Of a stretch of 64,000 nt of DNA, positions 9,997 to 19,091 are shown in pieces. This DNA is from an uncultured Bacillota bacterium (GTDB lineage Bacteria > Bacillota_I > Bacilli_A > RFN20 > CAG-826). Made by a program: the position numbers and the translations under genes. Location: contig CALEHV010000035.1 of assembly GCA_937876465.1 (NCBI GenBank), forward strand, positions 140 to 64,139, read 5' to 3'. The first letter of the stretch is position 1; each line of letters starts with the position of its first letter. The notes beneath the pieces were generated by a model. That model worked only from the letters and a program-made list of their open reading frames with translations, did no database searches and was not told the DNA's origin.

Positions 9997-11701
9997 GAAA
10001 ATGCTTCTTGCACTTAGTGCAACATTACTCCTTACTGGCTGTGATGCAATTGAAATCAAACCAGTAAACTATAACGATCCAGTCGTTGTTGACAATCAAG
10101 ACGTTAAAGTTGATGTCTACGACAATATTATGGGTGTCCTTTATGATTCGATCTCTTCAAACAAAAAAGATGATGTTCTCCAAAACTTCATGAACATTAT
10201 CGCTGAAGAAACTTTCGGTAAATGGTCTGAAATCGTTGAACTTGTTACAGCTGATGATGATGCAAAAATTAAGACATTCATTGAAGCTCACAAGAAAGCA
10301 TATATTCACGACAACAAAGTCACCAAAGAAGATGGCACAGAAGTTGCAGAAGACGAATATTTAGCAGCACAATTTGAAACTACAGTTGATGCTATTAGAA
10401 AAGACAGATTAATTAACTTCTTTAACAATGTTAAAGATCAAATCAACGAAGTCTTCTATAACGAAATCATTTCTAAATCATACAATGATGATACTGGAAA
10501 ATTCTATGAATACAGATTAGCTGTTGGTCACGCACGTGAAATGTACGACATCCTTATGGATTTAGATGGTCAAGAATGGTATGAAGGATATGTCACACCA
10601 GATCTTAAGAAAGATGACGTTTCATCATTAATCCACTTAGATGGAAGATATGATGATTACATCAACAGACACATCATTCGTTCTGTTTATAAAGATAAAC
10701 TCGTCGAAGATTATCTCTTAAAGAACAACTATTCTACACTTGGACGTGCATACGGACGTAAAGTTAATTATATTAAATTAACACGTGACGATAAGTTCAA
10801 AGAACTTCCAACAAAACTCATGGAAGCATATGCAACAACATATGTTGATACTGGCAAAATCGGAGATGGAGAAGGCGAAATGACCTTTGATTCTCTTGCA
10901 AACTGCTGGAGAGGATTCCGTGGTCTTAAAGCCGACGGAACAGTCGAAGAATTAAGCGCAGATGAAAAGGCATTACTTGCCGCTTCAAACGCTACACCAT
11001 CAAACCCAATTACAATTGAAGGAGTTTGTACTAACCTCGTTTATTACAAAGAAACTCAATTTGGTCAAATGATGGATAAATACAACTTAATTGATGAAAA
11101 TAACAGATTCGCTTCTGAAGAAGCAGCTTCTGCTTTATCAGAATTCACAAATAGCTTTGCCTACACAAAGGAAAAAGGTTTAAAGATTAAACTTGCTTCC
11201 CTTGCATTAACAGACTACACAACCGATGGTTGGTTCGTTAAAAATGGTGGCTTAACAGAATTACCAGAAGCATTAAGAAATCGTTTATTCAACATTAACG
11301 TTGCTAAAGAATTAGATGACGCTGAATACGTTTATGAATCATCAAGCTACACAAGAAAAGTTCAAGGTAACTACTTTGTTACACCTTCAACATCTGAAGT
11401 TGGCGATAATCATAACTACATCAATTATATTGATGGAAGCTTCTATTTAGTTCAAGTTGGAGAAGCTGTCTCAACATCAAAACTTAGCATCACAGGTAAG
11501 AATTCTTACGTTGCTGCTAAGAAGGGTGGAGAAGCATTATTCACCGAAGAAATTGCTCGTCATTTAGCTGAGACACTTGGTACAAAAGATTCATACATTA
11601 ACAATGCTTATGCATCATATATCAAGGAATGCTCACTCACATACCACGACACAGCAATTCTTGATTACTTCAAAGAAAAATATCCAGAACTCTTTGAATA
11701 A
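9974..11701 (+). CDS. lipoprotein of unknown function
   Basis: GGAGGAG at 9961-9967 followed by the ATG at 9974. The product starts MTTRSVAKKMLLALSATLLLTGC (lipobox). The gene overlaps the upstream lipoprotein gene by 23 nt. Confidence 0.7.
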   Translation: MTTRSVAKKMLLALSATLLLTGCDAIEIKPVNYNDPVVVDNQDVKVDVYDNIMGVLYDSISSNKKDDVLQNFMNIIAEETFGKWSEIVELVTADDDAKIKTFIEAHKKAYIHDNKVTKEDGTEVAEDEYLAAQFETTVDAIRKDRLINFFNNVKDQINEVFYNEIISKSYNDDTGKFYEYRLAVGHAREMYDILMDLDGQEWYEGYVTPDLKKDDVSSLIHLDGRYDDYINRHIIRSVYKDKLVEDYLLKNNYSTLGRAYGRKVNYIKLTRDDKFKELPTKLMEAYATTYVDTGKIGDGEGEMTFDSLANCWRGFRGLKADGTVEELSADEKALLAASNATPSNPITIEGVCTNLVYYKETQFGQMMDKYNLIDENNRFASEEAASALSEFTNSFAYTKEKGLKIKLASLALTDYTTDGWFVKNGGLTELPEALRNRLFNINVAKELDDAEYVYESSSYTRKVQGNYFVTPSTSEVGDNHNYINYIDGSFYLVQVGEAVSTSKLSITGKNSYVAAKKGGEALFTEEIARHLAETLGTKDSYINNAYASYIKECSLTYHDTAILDYFKEKYPELFE

Positions 11702-11716
11702 TTGAAAAATTTAATT

Positions 11717-11747
11717 GGAGGGTGGACTATCCATCCTCCTTTTATTT
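11717..11747 (+). terminator. rho-independent terminator
   Basis: GGAGGGTGG actat CCATCCTCC forms a 9-bp stem and is followed by TTTTATTT. Confidence 0.8.
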
Positions 11748-11836
11748 ATAATGGAACTATCTCATTAACAAATAAGTTAATCTAATCACATACTGGTTAG
11801 ATTTTCTTTTTATCTAATTAAGTATAATTGTTTTAT

Positions 11837-11986
11837 GCCGTTATCCTGCTAAATAGAAATACAGCTTTGACTGTCGGACTTCATACTCAGGCATACGGCT
11901 TTTCTTTTATTCGCTAATAGGTTGATTAACACTAGACGTTCTAACAGATAATTCGATAAGAAAAGCTGATATGGATCAATGACGGC
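11837..11986 (+). ncRNA. candidate bridge RNA (structured non-coding left end of the IS110 element)
   Basis: Nested long-range helices. GCCGTTATCC (11837-11846) pairs with GGAT[caat]GACGGC (11973-11986). CAGCTTT (11862-11868) pairs with AAAGCTG (11962-11968). The structure sits between the element boundary and the transposase RBS. Confidence 0.4.
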
Positions 11987-12001
11987 GAAAGGAGGAACGT
12001 T

Positions 12002-13213
12002 GTGTTTTTTAACGTAGGAATCGATGTTAGCAAGTACAAGCATGCAATCGCAATCATCGATGATGAAGGGGAAGTTAGAAAGAAAAGTTTCGATATTTCT
12101 AACACTCGTGAAGGGTTTAATTCTCTCTTAAATGAATTAGGCCTGCTCGGCCCAAAAGAGCAAATAAAAATAGGGATGGAAGCAACAGGGCATTATATGA
12201 CTTGTCTGTCTAAATTCCTGGTAGCAAATGGCTACAAAGTACAAATTTACAATCCGTTTATTGTTGAAAGATTTCGCGAGTCTGAAACAAATAAAGGAAG
12301 TAAAACTGACAAGAAAGATGCTTATCTAATTGCTAGATTTGTGATGACTCACCAATTTTCTGCATCCCCGCAATTATCTTACTACATTGAACAACTTCGT
12401 AAAATGTCTAGAGCAAAGTATTTTTTCTATGCTGACAAAATTCGAGCATATAACCATTTGCAAAGATATCTTGATGAAATATTTCCTGAACTATTACCAT
12501 TTTTAGATAGAAAAAGAGATGGAACCAAAGGTTCACGCGGTAGAAATATTCTTGATTCAAAGACAACAAGATGGCTTCTTTCGAATTATCCATCAGCAAC
12601 AAAAATTGCAAATATGAGAAAAGAAACCGCAGAAAAATTAAAAAGGATGTCGCATGGGAAAATAAGTTATATTCGTTTTGAAGAACTTAAAGACCTTGCT
12701 AAAAATTCGATTGGAATTTCAACAGCTGAAGATGAGCAAATAGTAAAATCTCTGATTATCCAAATAGAGGCTATTGACGAAGAAATTGATGAATTTGAAA
12801 ATCAAATTGATCAAATAATGAATCGAATACTATCACCAATAACTTCTATTCCTGGAATTGGCAATCAATTAGGAGCTATGATTCTAGGAGAAATAGGAGA
12901 CATTAAAAGATTTGACAATCCTGAAAAATTAATTAGATATGCAGGTTTGGATGTCAGAATTTATCAATCGGGAACAATTAACCAGCGAGGAAAAATTGTT
13001 AAAAGAGGATCACCGATTTTGCGTTATGCATTAGCGCTTACAATTCAAAAACTTAGAATTCATTCTCCAGTGTTTTCTGAGTACTACTATTCAAAAATTC
13101 GCGAAGGAAAACATACACAAGTTGCAATTATTGCTACAACAAGAAAGCTAATTCGAGTTATTTGGAAAATGCTTTACGACAATGTAGTTTTTGAAAACTT
13201 GGCTAAGAATTAA
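12002..13213 (+). CDS. IS110-family DEDD transposase/recombinase
   Basis: 403-aa ORF with a GTG start preceded by AGGAGG. The N-terminus VGIDVSKYKH...MEATGHY is RuvC-like DEDD, and the C-terminus SIPGIGNQLGAMILGEIGD is a Transposase_20-like HhH region. Confidence 0.92.
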   Translation: MFFNVGIDVSKYKHAIAIIDDEGEVRKKSFDISNTREGFNSLLNELGLLGPKEQIKIGMEATGHYMTCLSKFLVANGYKVQIYNPFIVERFRESETNKGSKTDKKDAYLIARFVMTHQFSASPQLSYYIEQLRKMSRAKYFFYADKIRAYNHLQRYLDEIFPELLPFLDRKRDGTKGSRGRNILDSKTTRWLLSNYPSATKIANMRKETAEKLKRMSHGKISYIRFEELKDLAKNSIGISTAEDEQIVKSLIIQIEAIDEEIDEFENQIDQIMNRILSPITSIPGIGNQLGAMILGEIGDIKRFDNPEKLIRYAGLDVRIYQSGTINQRGKIVKRGSPILRYALALTIQKLRIHSPVFSEYYYSKIREGKHTQVAIIATTRKLIRVIWKMLYDNVVFENLAKN

Positions 13214-13305
13214 AAGAAACATTAATTTTTAGAATTTTGAAAAAGGCAGAGCCTTTGGGTTGTTTTATGCTACACTTTTATAAAAATTTATAAGATAATA
13301 GTTGT

Positions 13306-13728
13306 ATGAAAAAAGAAGATTGTATATTTTGCAAAATTGCCGCAGGAGAAATTCCTTCAAGCAAAGTCTATGAAGACGATGATGTAATGGCCTTTTTGGA
13401 TATTTCACAAACCACAATTGGACATACATTAGTTATTCCTAAACAACACTATGATAACTTTTTAGTTATCCCAAAGGATCTAATGCATAAAGTTATGGAC
13501 GTTGCTCAACGTATTGGACAGGCTCAAATAGCCATCTTAAATGCTAAAGGTGTAAATATATTAAGCAACGTTAATAAAGAGGCTGGACAGAGCGTTTATC
13601 ACTTCCATGTGCATGTTATTCCACGATATGGCAAGGATGAAGGATTCGAAATTGAGATGAAAGGCAATCCAAAGGCCGAAGAATTGTCACTTCCTGCATT
13701 AGCAGAACAAATTAAAAAAGGATTATAA
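13306..13728 (+). CDS. hit: HIT-family (histidine triad) nucleotide hydrolase
   Basis: 140-aa ORF with the HFHVHVIP triad and an N-terminal CIFCKI zinc motif. Confidence 0.9.
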   Translation: MKKEDCIFCKIAAGEIPSSKVYEDDDVMAFLDISQTTIGHTLVIPKQHYDNFLVIPKDLMHKVMDVAQRIGQAQIAILNAKGVNILSNVNKEAGQSVYHFHVHVIPRYGKDEGFEIEMKGNPKAEELSLPALAEQIKKGL

Positions 13729-13736
13729 AAAAGAAA

Positions 13737-13766
13737 ATACTTCCAATCTAACGGAAGTATTTTTTC
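13737..13766. terminator. bidirectional terminator between hit and gpsA
   Basis: ATACTTCC aatctaac GGAAGTAT, flanked by an A-run on one side and a T-run on the other. Confidence 0.7.
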
Positions 13767-14749
13767 TATTCACTTATTAATTCTCTGCCGACTAGAGCGT
13801 TGACTGCATCAACAGGTTTTAAGCCATTAAATACAATATCGTATACGCCTTTAATAATTGGCATCTCAACATTCGTTTTTAGGGCAAGTTGTTTTGCTGC
13901 TTTCAAACAGTTAATACCTTCAACAACCATTCCTACTTGTTCAAGAGTTTCTTTTAGTGGCACTCCTGAACCAAGAAGAGCACCCGCATTATGGTTACGA
14001 GAATGTTTTGAAGTAGCAGTAACAACAATATCGCCAATGCCAGCTAATCCGGAGAATGTTCTCTCGCTACATCCTAAGGCCATACCAAGTCTTGAAATCT
14101 CAACAAGGCCACGTGTAATAATTGCTGCCTTTGCATTGTCACCATAGCCTAAACCATCAGACATACCTGCTGCTAAAGCAATAATGTTTTTAAATGCAGC
14201 TGCAAGTTCAACACCTTTGGTGTCTCCATTTACATAAATTCTGAAATAAGGAAGTGATAATTGTTGTTGCACAATCTTTGCAACTTTCTTATTTTCGCTA
14301 GCAGCAACTATAGTTGTTGGGAGTCCAATCGAAACTTCCTCAGCATGTGTTGGGCCAGATAATACAACAACATCAAAATTCATTCCTAAAACATCATTAA
14401 TAACTTCTGACATTGTTAATAATGTATCTTCTTCAATACCTTTAGCGACATCAACAATAATTTGTTTATCGTTTAAATATGGCTTTGCTAACATTGCAGT
14501 TTCTCTTACAAAAGGAGAAGGAACTGCAAAAACAACAATATCCTTATCTTTGCATGCTTCTTCTATAGAAGCTGTGAATTTGATTTTATCTGAAAGAACA
14601 GCACCAGGAAGATTTTTATGTCTTCTGGTTTTGGACATTGCGTCTACTTCTTCTTGAAATCTAGACCAAACTGTAACTTCATGCTTAACAATAAAAGCAT
14701 TAGCTAAAGCTGTTCCCCAAGTACCTGCGCCTATAATTGAAATCTTCAT
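13766..14749 (-). CDS. gpsA: NAD(P)H-dependent glycerol-3-phosphate dehydrogenase
   Basis: 327-aa ORF with the N-terminal motif MKISIIGAGTWGTALA and a full-length GpsA-like sequence. Confidence 0.93.
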   Translation of the reverse strand: MKISIIGAGTWGTALANAFIVKHEVTVWSRFQEEVDAMSKTRRHKNLPGAVLSDKIKFTASIEEACKDKDIVVFAVPSPFVRETAMLAKPYLNDKQIIVDVAKGIEEDTLLTMSEVINDVLGMNFDVVVLSGPTHAEEVSIGLPTTIVAASENKKVAKIVQQQLSLPYFRIYVNGDTKGVELAAAFKNIIALAAGMSDGLGYGDNAKAAIITRGLVEISRLGMALGCSERTFSGLAGIGDIVVTATSKHSRNHNAGALLGSGVPLKETLEQVGMVVEGINCLKAAKQLALKTNVEMPIIKGVYDIVFNGLKPVDAVNALVGRELISE

Positions 14750-14750
14750 A

Positions 14751-15695
14751 TTATTTTCTTTCCTTAGGTTTGTAGAATGAAGCGTTATCCATTGACCAAA
14801 TTCTTTCTGTGAATTCGCCTGGTTCTGTAGCGTCTAAATACTTATCTAAACACATCATTTTAGAATCAAGTAAGTCAATCATTGAAAGAAGCAAAGCTTC
14901 TCTTGTACATGGAACAACAGGAGAACCAAAATCTAATTGTCCGTGATGTGCAAGAATCATATGTTCTAAAAGCATTGGCACTTCTGACTTGATATTCAAA
15001 GTTTCAACAATGCGTTTAAATTCAGCATACATAATTGAAATGTGACCGCAGAGTTTTCCTTCAACTGTTTGTTCTGGAACTGGGCCATCTTTATATTCAA
15101 TAGTTTTTCCAATATCGTGTAATAACGTTCCTGCAACAAGAATATCTCTATCTACTTGAGGATAAAGTTTAGCGACTTCTTCAGCTAAATCTGCCATTGC
15201 TAAGGAGTGATGAATAATTCCACTTCCAAATTCATGGTGAACTTTAACAGCAGCAGGATAGGTTATATATTTATCATAAAAATGCTCAATTACTTTGTTA
15301 GTAATTAAAGCGACATCTGGATCTTTAAAAGATTTGAGATACTTATCAAGTTTTGCCTTCATGTCTTTTAAAGGTATTGGTGAAACTTTCTTAAAATCAG
15401 ATAAATCTACTGTTGAAATATCAATTGGACGAGCAAATAAGACTTTCATTTGAAGGCTACCTTTATAGTCAGTAACTTCGCCTTCAACTTCAATAATATT
15501 GTTTGTCTTAATAAAATCTGTATCGCCAGGTAAAACTTCCCATTTCTTTGCAGAAATAGAACCACTATTGTCTTGCAAAGTAATGTTTAAGTAAGTCTTT
15601 GCTTTATCACTTGTGCATTTATTTACACTGCTAACAACAAATAAATCGTTTACGTGATCTCCATCTTTGATGTCTTTTACAAATTGCATTTTCAT
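14751..15695 (-). CDS. yhaM: 3'-5' exoribonuclease YhaM (OB-fold plus HD domain)
   Basis: 314-aa ORF, the same length and layout as B. subtilis YhaM. It has the HD motif LLHDIGK and HHGQLDFGSP. Confidence 0.85.
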   Translation of the reverse strand: MKMQFVKDIKDGDHVNDLFVVSSVNKCTSDKAKTYLNITLQDNSGSISAKKWEVLPGDTDFIKTNNIIEVEGEVTDYKGSLQMKVLFARPIDISTVDLSDFKKVSPIPLKDMKAKLDKYLKSFKDPDVALITNKVIEHFYDKYITYPAAVKVHHEFGSGIIHHSLAMADLAEEVAKLYPQVDRDILVAGTLLHDIGKTIEYKDGPVPEQTVEGKLCGHISIMYAEFKRIVETLNIKSEVPMLLEHMILAHHGQLDFGSPVVPCTREALLLSMIDLLDSKMMCLDKYLDATEPGEFTERIWSMDNASFYKPKERK

Positions 15696-16321
15696 AATTC
15701 TTCTCCTCCTATGTTTTGTATATCTTGAATTCGATATCCTTTAGATATCAAATAATTTACAGTCTTGAATTTTGCTTGGAATTTATCATATTTTTTCAAA
15801 TATTTATTGATGATTTTTGGATAAAGGATGTTTAATTTTTCAATTTCTCTTTTTGAATCAATTTCGTATTGTTTAATAAGCTCTATAGATATTCCTTTTT
15901 GCTTCAACTCGTTTTCGATTCGAAGTTTTCCATAGAGTTTAGAATTTAAATGTTCAATAAGTTCAATAGTGTATTGTTCATCATTTAATAAATTAGATTT
16001 TTTTAACAAAGCAACGATGTAATCCGTGTCTTTTTGAGAAACATTTCTTTTTAATAATCGATTACGAACATCAACTTCGTTTCTAATTTTGTTTGAACAA
16101 ATATTTCGCGAATATTTAATTTCCTTATCTAATCTTTCTAATCTTCTTAATTCCTTATATGTGTCATCTAACAGTCTCTTACCTCTATAAAGGTTCAACT
16201 CTGTATATGTATCTTTAGATACAGCTATTCTTTTATCATTAACGATAACTATAATGTTCTTTTTGTTTGCCTTTACAGAGCTGATAACTTTATTACCAGC
16301 ATTGTTTAATGACGTGTGCAT
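15692..16321 (-). CDS. recX: RecX-family regulatory protein
   Basis: Three-helix repeat pattern (...YGKLRIENELKQKGISIELIKQY...). The ATG at 16321 is preceded by AAGGAGG (16331-16325). The track ORF start at 16369 is probably an over-extension. Confidence 0.65.
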   Translation of the reverse strand: MHTSLNNAGNKVISSVKANKKNIIVIVNDKRIAVSKDTYTELNLYRGKRLLDDTYKELRRLERLDKEIKYSRNICSNKIRNEVDVRNRLLKRNVSQKDTDYIVALLKKSNLLNDEQYTIELIEHLNSKLYGKLRIENELKQKGISIELIKQYEIDSKREIEKLNILYPKIINKYLKKYDKFQAKFKTVNYLISKGYRIQDIQNIGGEEL

Positions 16322-17465
16322 ATGCCTCCTTAATTCGTTTGTAGAATGTATCAATCGAATAATGATCAATTGACTTCAATGCCTCTACGAGCATTTTGTT
16401 ATCTTTTTCTTTCCATAACTTATAAGCTTTAGAAAGTTTTTCGGAAAATTCTTCACTATTTTCGAAGAAAAATCCTGTCGCTCCTTCTTGAATAACATCA
16501 ATAAGGTTATGGTCGTAACGAGCAAGAACATATAGATGACTTGCCATTGCTTCCATGTAAGTTAAGCCTTGTGTTTCGGTTAAAGATGCACTAACAAAGG
16601 CGTTTCCTAAAGTGTAATAATATTGAACTTCATTTGGATCGCAAGGACCAGTAAAGATAACATTTTCTTCAATTCCTAATTTCTTGACTAATTGTTTTAA
16701 TTCTTCTTCTGCAGGGCCTTTACCTACAATAACCATCTTTGTATCTAACTTTGGGTTATCTGCTAAAAACTTTGCATAGCAAGAAATAGAGAAATCAATA
16801 CTCTTTTCTTTTGCAATACGGCCAAGAGAAAGTAAGACAAATGTCTTTTCGCTTAAACCAAATTTCTTTTTCAAATCTTTTACAATCTGTTGATCTAAAT
16901 TTTCAGGATTAAATTTAGAAAAATCAACTCCGGTAGGAATGACATTTGCGTAAGTATCAATGCCAATTCGTCGAATGTAGTCTTTCGTTTTACTTGAAGG
17001 CGTAATAAATCCATTACAGGCCTCAATCGTACTACGCGAATAGTTACGCATAAACGCTTTACCCACACGGTCAAAGTGTCCTTTTGTAACATAATATGTA
17101 TAGTCTTCATACATAGTATGGTATGTATAAATAGATGGACATTTTAATTTACGAATTGCAATCTTACCAAATATTCCAATACCAAATTCTGTTTGTAAAT
17201 GAATAATATCTGGATTAAATTGACGCAATATTTTCATTGCTTTTCGGTTATATCCAGCTAAACGATAACCATAAAATTTCTTTAATTCCATTCCAGGAAC
17301 ACGAACGATATTATCTTCAAAAATAAGTTCCTTCGAAAATGGATTAGTTGTAATGACTAAAACTTCATCACCGTTTTTAACTAAGATATCTCTTAAAGAT
17401 TTGCAGCTCATTGCAACTCCGTTAACTTCAGGAGTAAAAGTATCTGTAAAAAGAGCGATTTTCAT
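16293..17465 (-). CDS. GT4 glycosyltransferase, diacylglycerol glycosyltransferase-like (glycolipid synthase)
   Basis: 390-aa GT-B protein. The N-terminus MKIALFTDTFTPEVNGVA and the E-x7-E-type region resemble the Acholeplasma/Firmicute monoglucosyl-DAG synthase family. Confidence 0.7.
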   Translation of the reverse strand: MKIALFTDTFTPEVNGVAMSCKSLRDILVKNGDEVLVITTNPFSKELIFEDNIVRVPGMELKKFYGYRLAGYNRKAMKILRQFNPDIIHLQTEFGIGIFGKIAIRKLKCPSIYTYHTMYEDYTYYVTKGHFDRVGKAFMRNYSRSTIEACNGFITPSSKTKDYIRRIGIDTYANVIPTGVDFSKFNPENLDQQIVKDLKKKFGLSEKTFVLLSLGRIAKEKSIDFSISCYAKFLADNPKLDTKMVIVGKGPAEEELKQLVKKLGIEENVIFTGPCDPNEVQYYYTLGNAFVSASLTETQGLTYMEAMASHLYVLARYDHNLIDVIQEGATGFFFENSEEFSEKLSKAYKLWKEKDNKMLVEALKSIDHYSIDTFYKRIKEAYAHVIKQCW

Positions 17466-19030
17466 TAATCATCGCCTCCAGTGGTAATAGAATCCCACTT
17501 TTCATCTTCGATAAGATTCTTAGGTTTTTTCTTTGTTTTTACGGATTTTGAAGGTTTTTCTACAGCTTTATCCTCGTTTTTTGGATTAGCTTTAGCTTCA
17601 TCTGGGAAGTCATCACCTGCTCTAGTTTTCTTTTTCTTACCCCAGTTTTTCAAACGCATTTGCATTTCTTTACGAGATAAAGAAGCGGTCTCGTACATTG
17701 TATCGGCAGTGCTCTTACGTCCTTCATATGTTTCGTATTGCATAGTAACGAATGTTTTTCTATCAACATGGTTGTATTCATTCTTCGGTGAAGATTTATA
17801 TGTAGCTGAAACAATACCAGCAACAAGAAGAACAATATGGAACGTTGAGAATCTCCAAATAATCTGAGCCGCAGCAGTAATCTGTTGAGAAGTAAAGAAA
17901 TTTTGGAACATGATGTTAAAGAAATATTCAGAAACACCAGCGGATCCTGGTAAAGGAATTAATCCTGTTGCCATTTGGTGATATGCACTTAGGAAAACAC
18001 ATTGCCAGAAGCTTTCAATATTAGGACCACCAACAGTTGGAATTGGAGCTGTTCCAATAACATTACCTGCAGCATCTAATACGTTTTGAGTCATAAGTGT
18101 TCCATCGATATTCATACGATAGCCATAACCATCCAAAGCTAATCCAGCAAAGAATGGGATGGAGAATCTGATAATTAAAACCATGCTAAAGCAAACGAAA
18201 ACCAATAATAAGACAGGGATATTTGAAAGCAAACGTCTTAATTCAATCTTAAAGTTTTCAACTTTGATACGAAGATTTTCTCTAGTTTTATCTGGATGTT
18301 TTAAGATTTTAAGTTTAGCTAATAAATCAATTCCGTAGTGCATGATAAAGTTATGGAACCAACGGGAATATGAGAGCAAGAACAAACCAACAATAACTAA
18401 TAAGTTGAGAGCGAATCCAGCAATTGTTAAAGGAATTGCAGGAATTCTAATCGTTGTATTATTAAAACTAATTTCAAAATTACCAATAGTAGAAATCAAA
18501 TTTCCAGCAGAGAAGAATAATGCAATAACACCAATTGCAATCAAGGCAACTTGGTAAACAATGAAGCTCATGATCATAATTGATGCTCCATTGCTTGTGT
18601 CTACGCCTTGTTTTTTCAATGTATAGGTTTGCATAACTTGTCCACCGCTAGCACCTGGAGTAACTGCACTATAGAATGCGCCAACCATGCTACAAGCTAA
18701 ACCCTGGTGATACTTATACTTACGTGTGTACAAGCGCGAGAAAACAAAAACAATAAAGCCTTCTAAACAGTATGTAACAGCAACTAAAGCAAGAATTACC
18801 AAAAGGTAACGGAAGTTTGCTTTCGACAACGCTGCCATAACACCGTCAAAGTCTTGATAAAGTGATAAGAATAAAGCTATTCCGGTAGCTAAAAGAATAA
18901 TTGAAAAATAAAGTAAATATTTAAGAACCGGATGTTTCTTTTGCTTAGGTTTCTCTGGTTCTTCTTCAGTAAGAGTTTTTAGGCCGCCTACGTCTTCTAA
19001 TTCAATATTATTTGAGCTTTTACTAACCAT
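17465..19030 (-). CDS. UPF0104/LPG-synthase-TM (flippase-like) membrane protein with a Lys-rich C-terminal tail
   Basis: 521-aa polytopic protein whose stop abuts the GT4 start. The family call is by composition and topology only. Confidence 0.5.
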   Translation of the reverse strand: MVSKSSNNIELEDVGGLKTLTEEEPEKPKQKKHPVLKYLLYFSIILLATGIALFLSLYQDFDGVMAALSKANFRYLLVILALVAVTYCLEGFIVFVFSRLYTRKYKYHQGLACSMVGAFYSAVTPGASGGQVMQTYTLKKQGVDTSNGASIMIMSFIVYQVALIAIGVIALFFSAGNLISTIGNFEISFNNTTIRIPAIPLTIAGFALNLLVIVGLFLLSYSRWFHNFIMHYGIDLLAKLKILKHPDKTRENLRIKVENFKIELRRLLSNIPVLLLVFVCFSMVLIIRFSIPFFAGLALDGYGYRMNIDGTLMTQNVLDAAGNVIGTAPIPTVGGPNIESFWQCVFLSAYHQMATGLIPLPGSAGVSEYFFNIMFQNFFTSQQITAAAQIIWRFSTFHIVLLVAGIVSATYKSSPKNEYNHVDRKTFVTMQYETYEGRKSTADTMYETASLSRKEMQMRLKNWGKKKKTRAGDDFPDEAKANPKNEDKAVEKPSKSVKTKKKPKNLIEDEKWDSITTGGDD

Positions 19031-19091
19031 ATCTAAAAGATTAACAAGTTAATGATACCATATATAACTATAAAAACGCACACAATAAATA

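Larger units (their letters stand above)
11828..13270 (+). mobile_element. IS110-family insertion sequence; ends are approximate within the flanking repeat
   Basis: Single DEDD-type transposase gene. An identical 11-nt TTGTTTTATGC occurs at 11828-11838 and at 13260-13270, 1432 bp apart. There are no terminal inverted repeats, as is usual for IS110. Confidence 0.75.

Noticed and set aside
11849-12043. 64-aa minus-strand ORF in the IS left end
   Set aside because: It overlaps the transposase start and the structured leader and has no RBS or recognisable family. The region is better explained as non-coding RNA.
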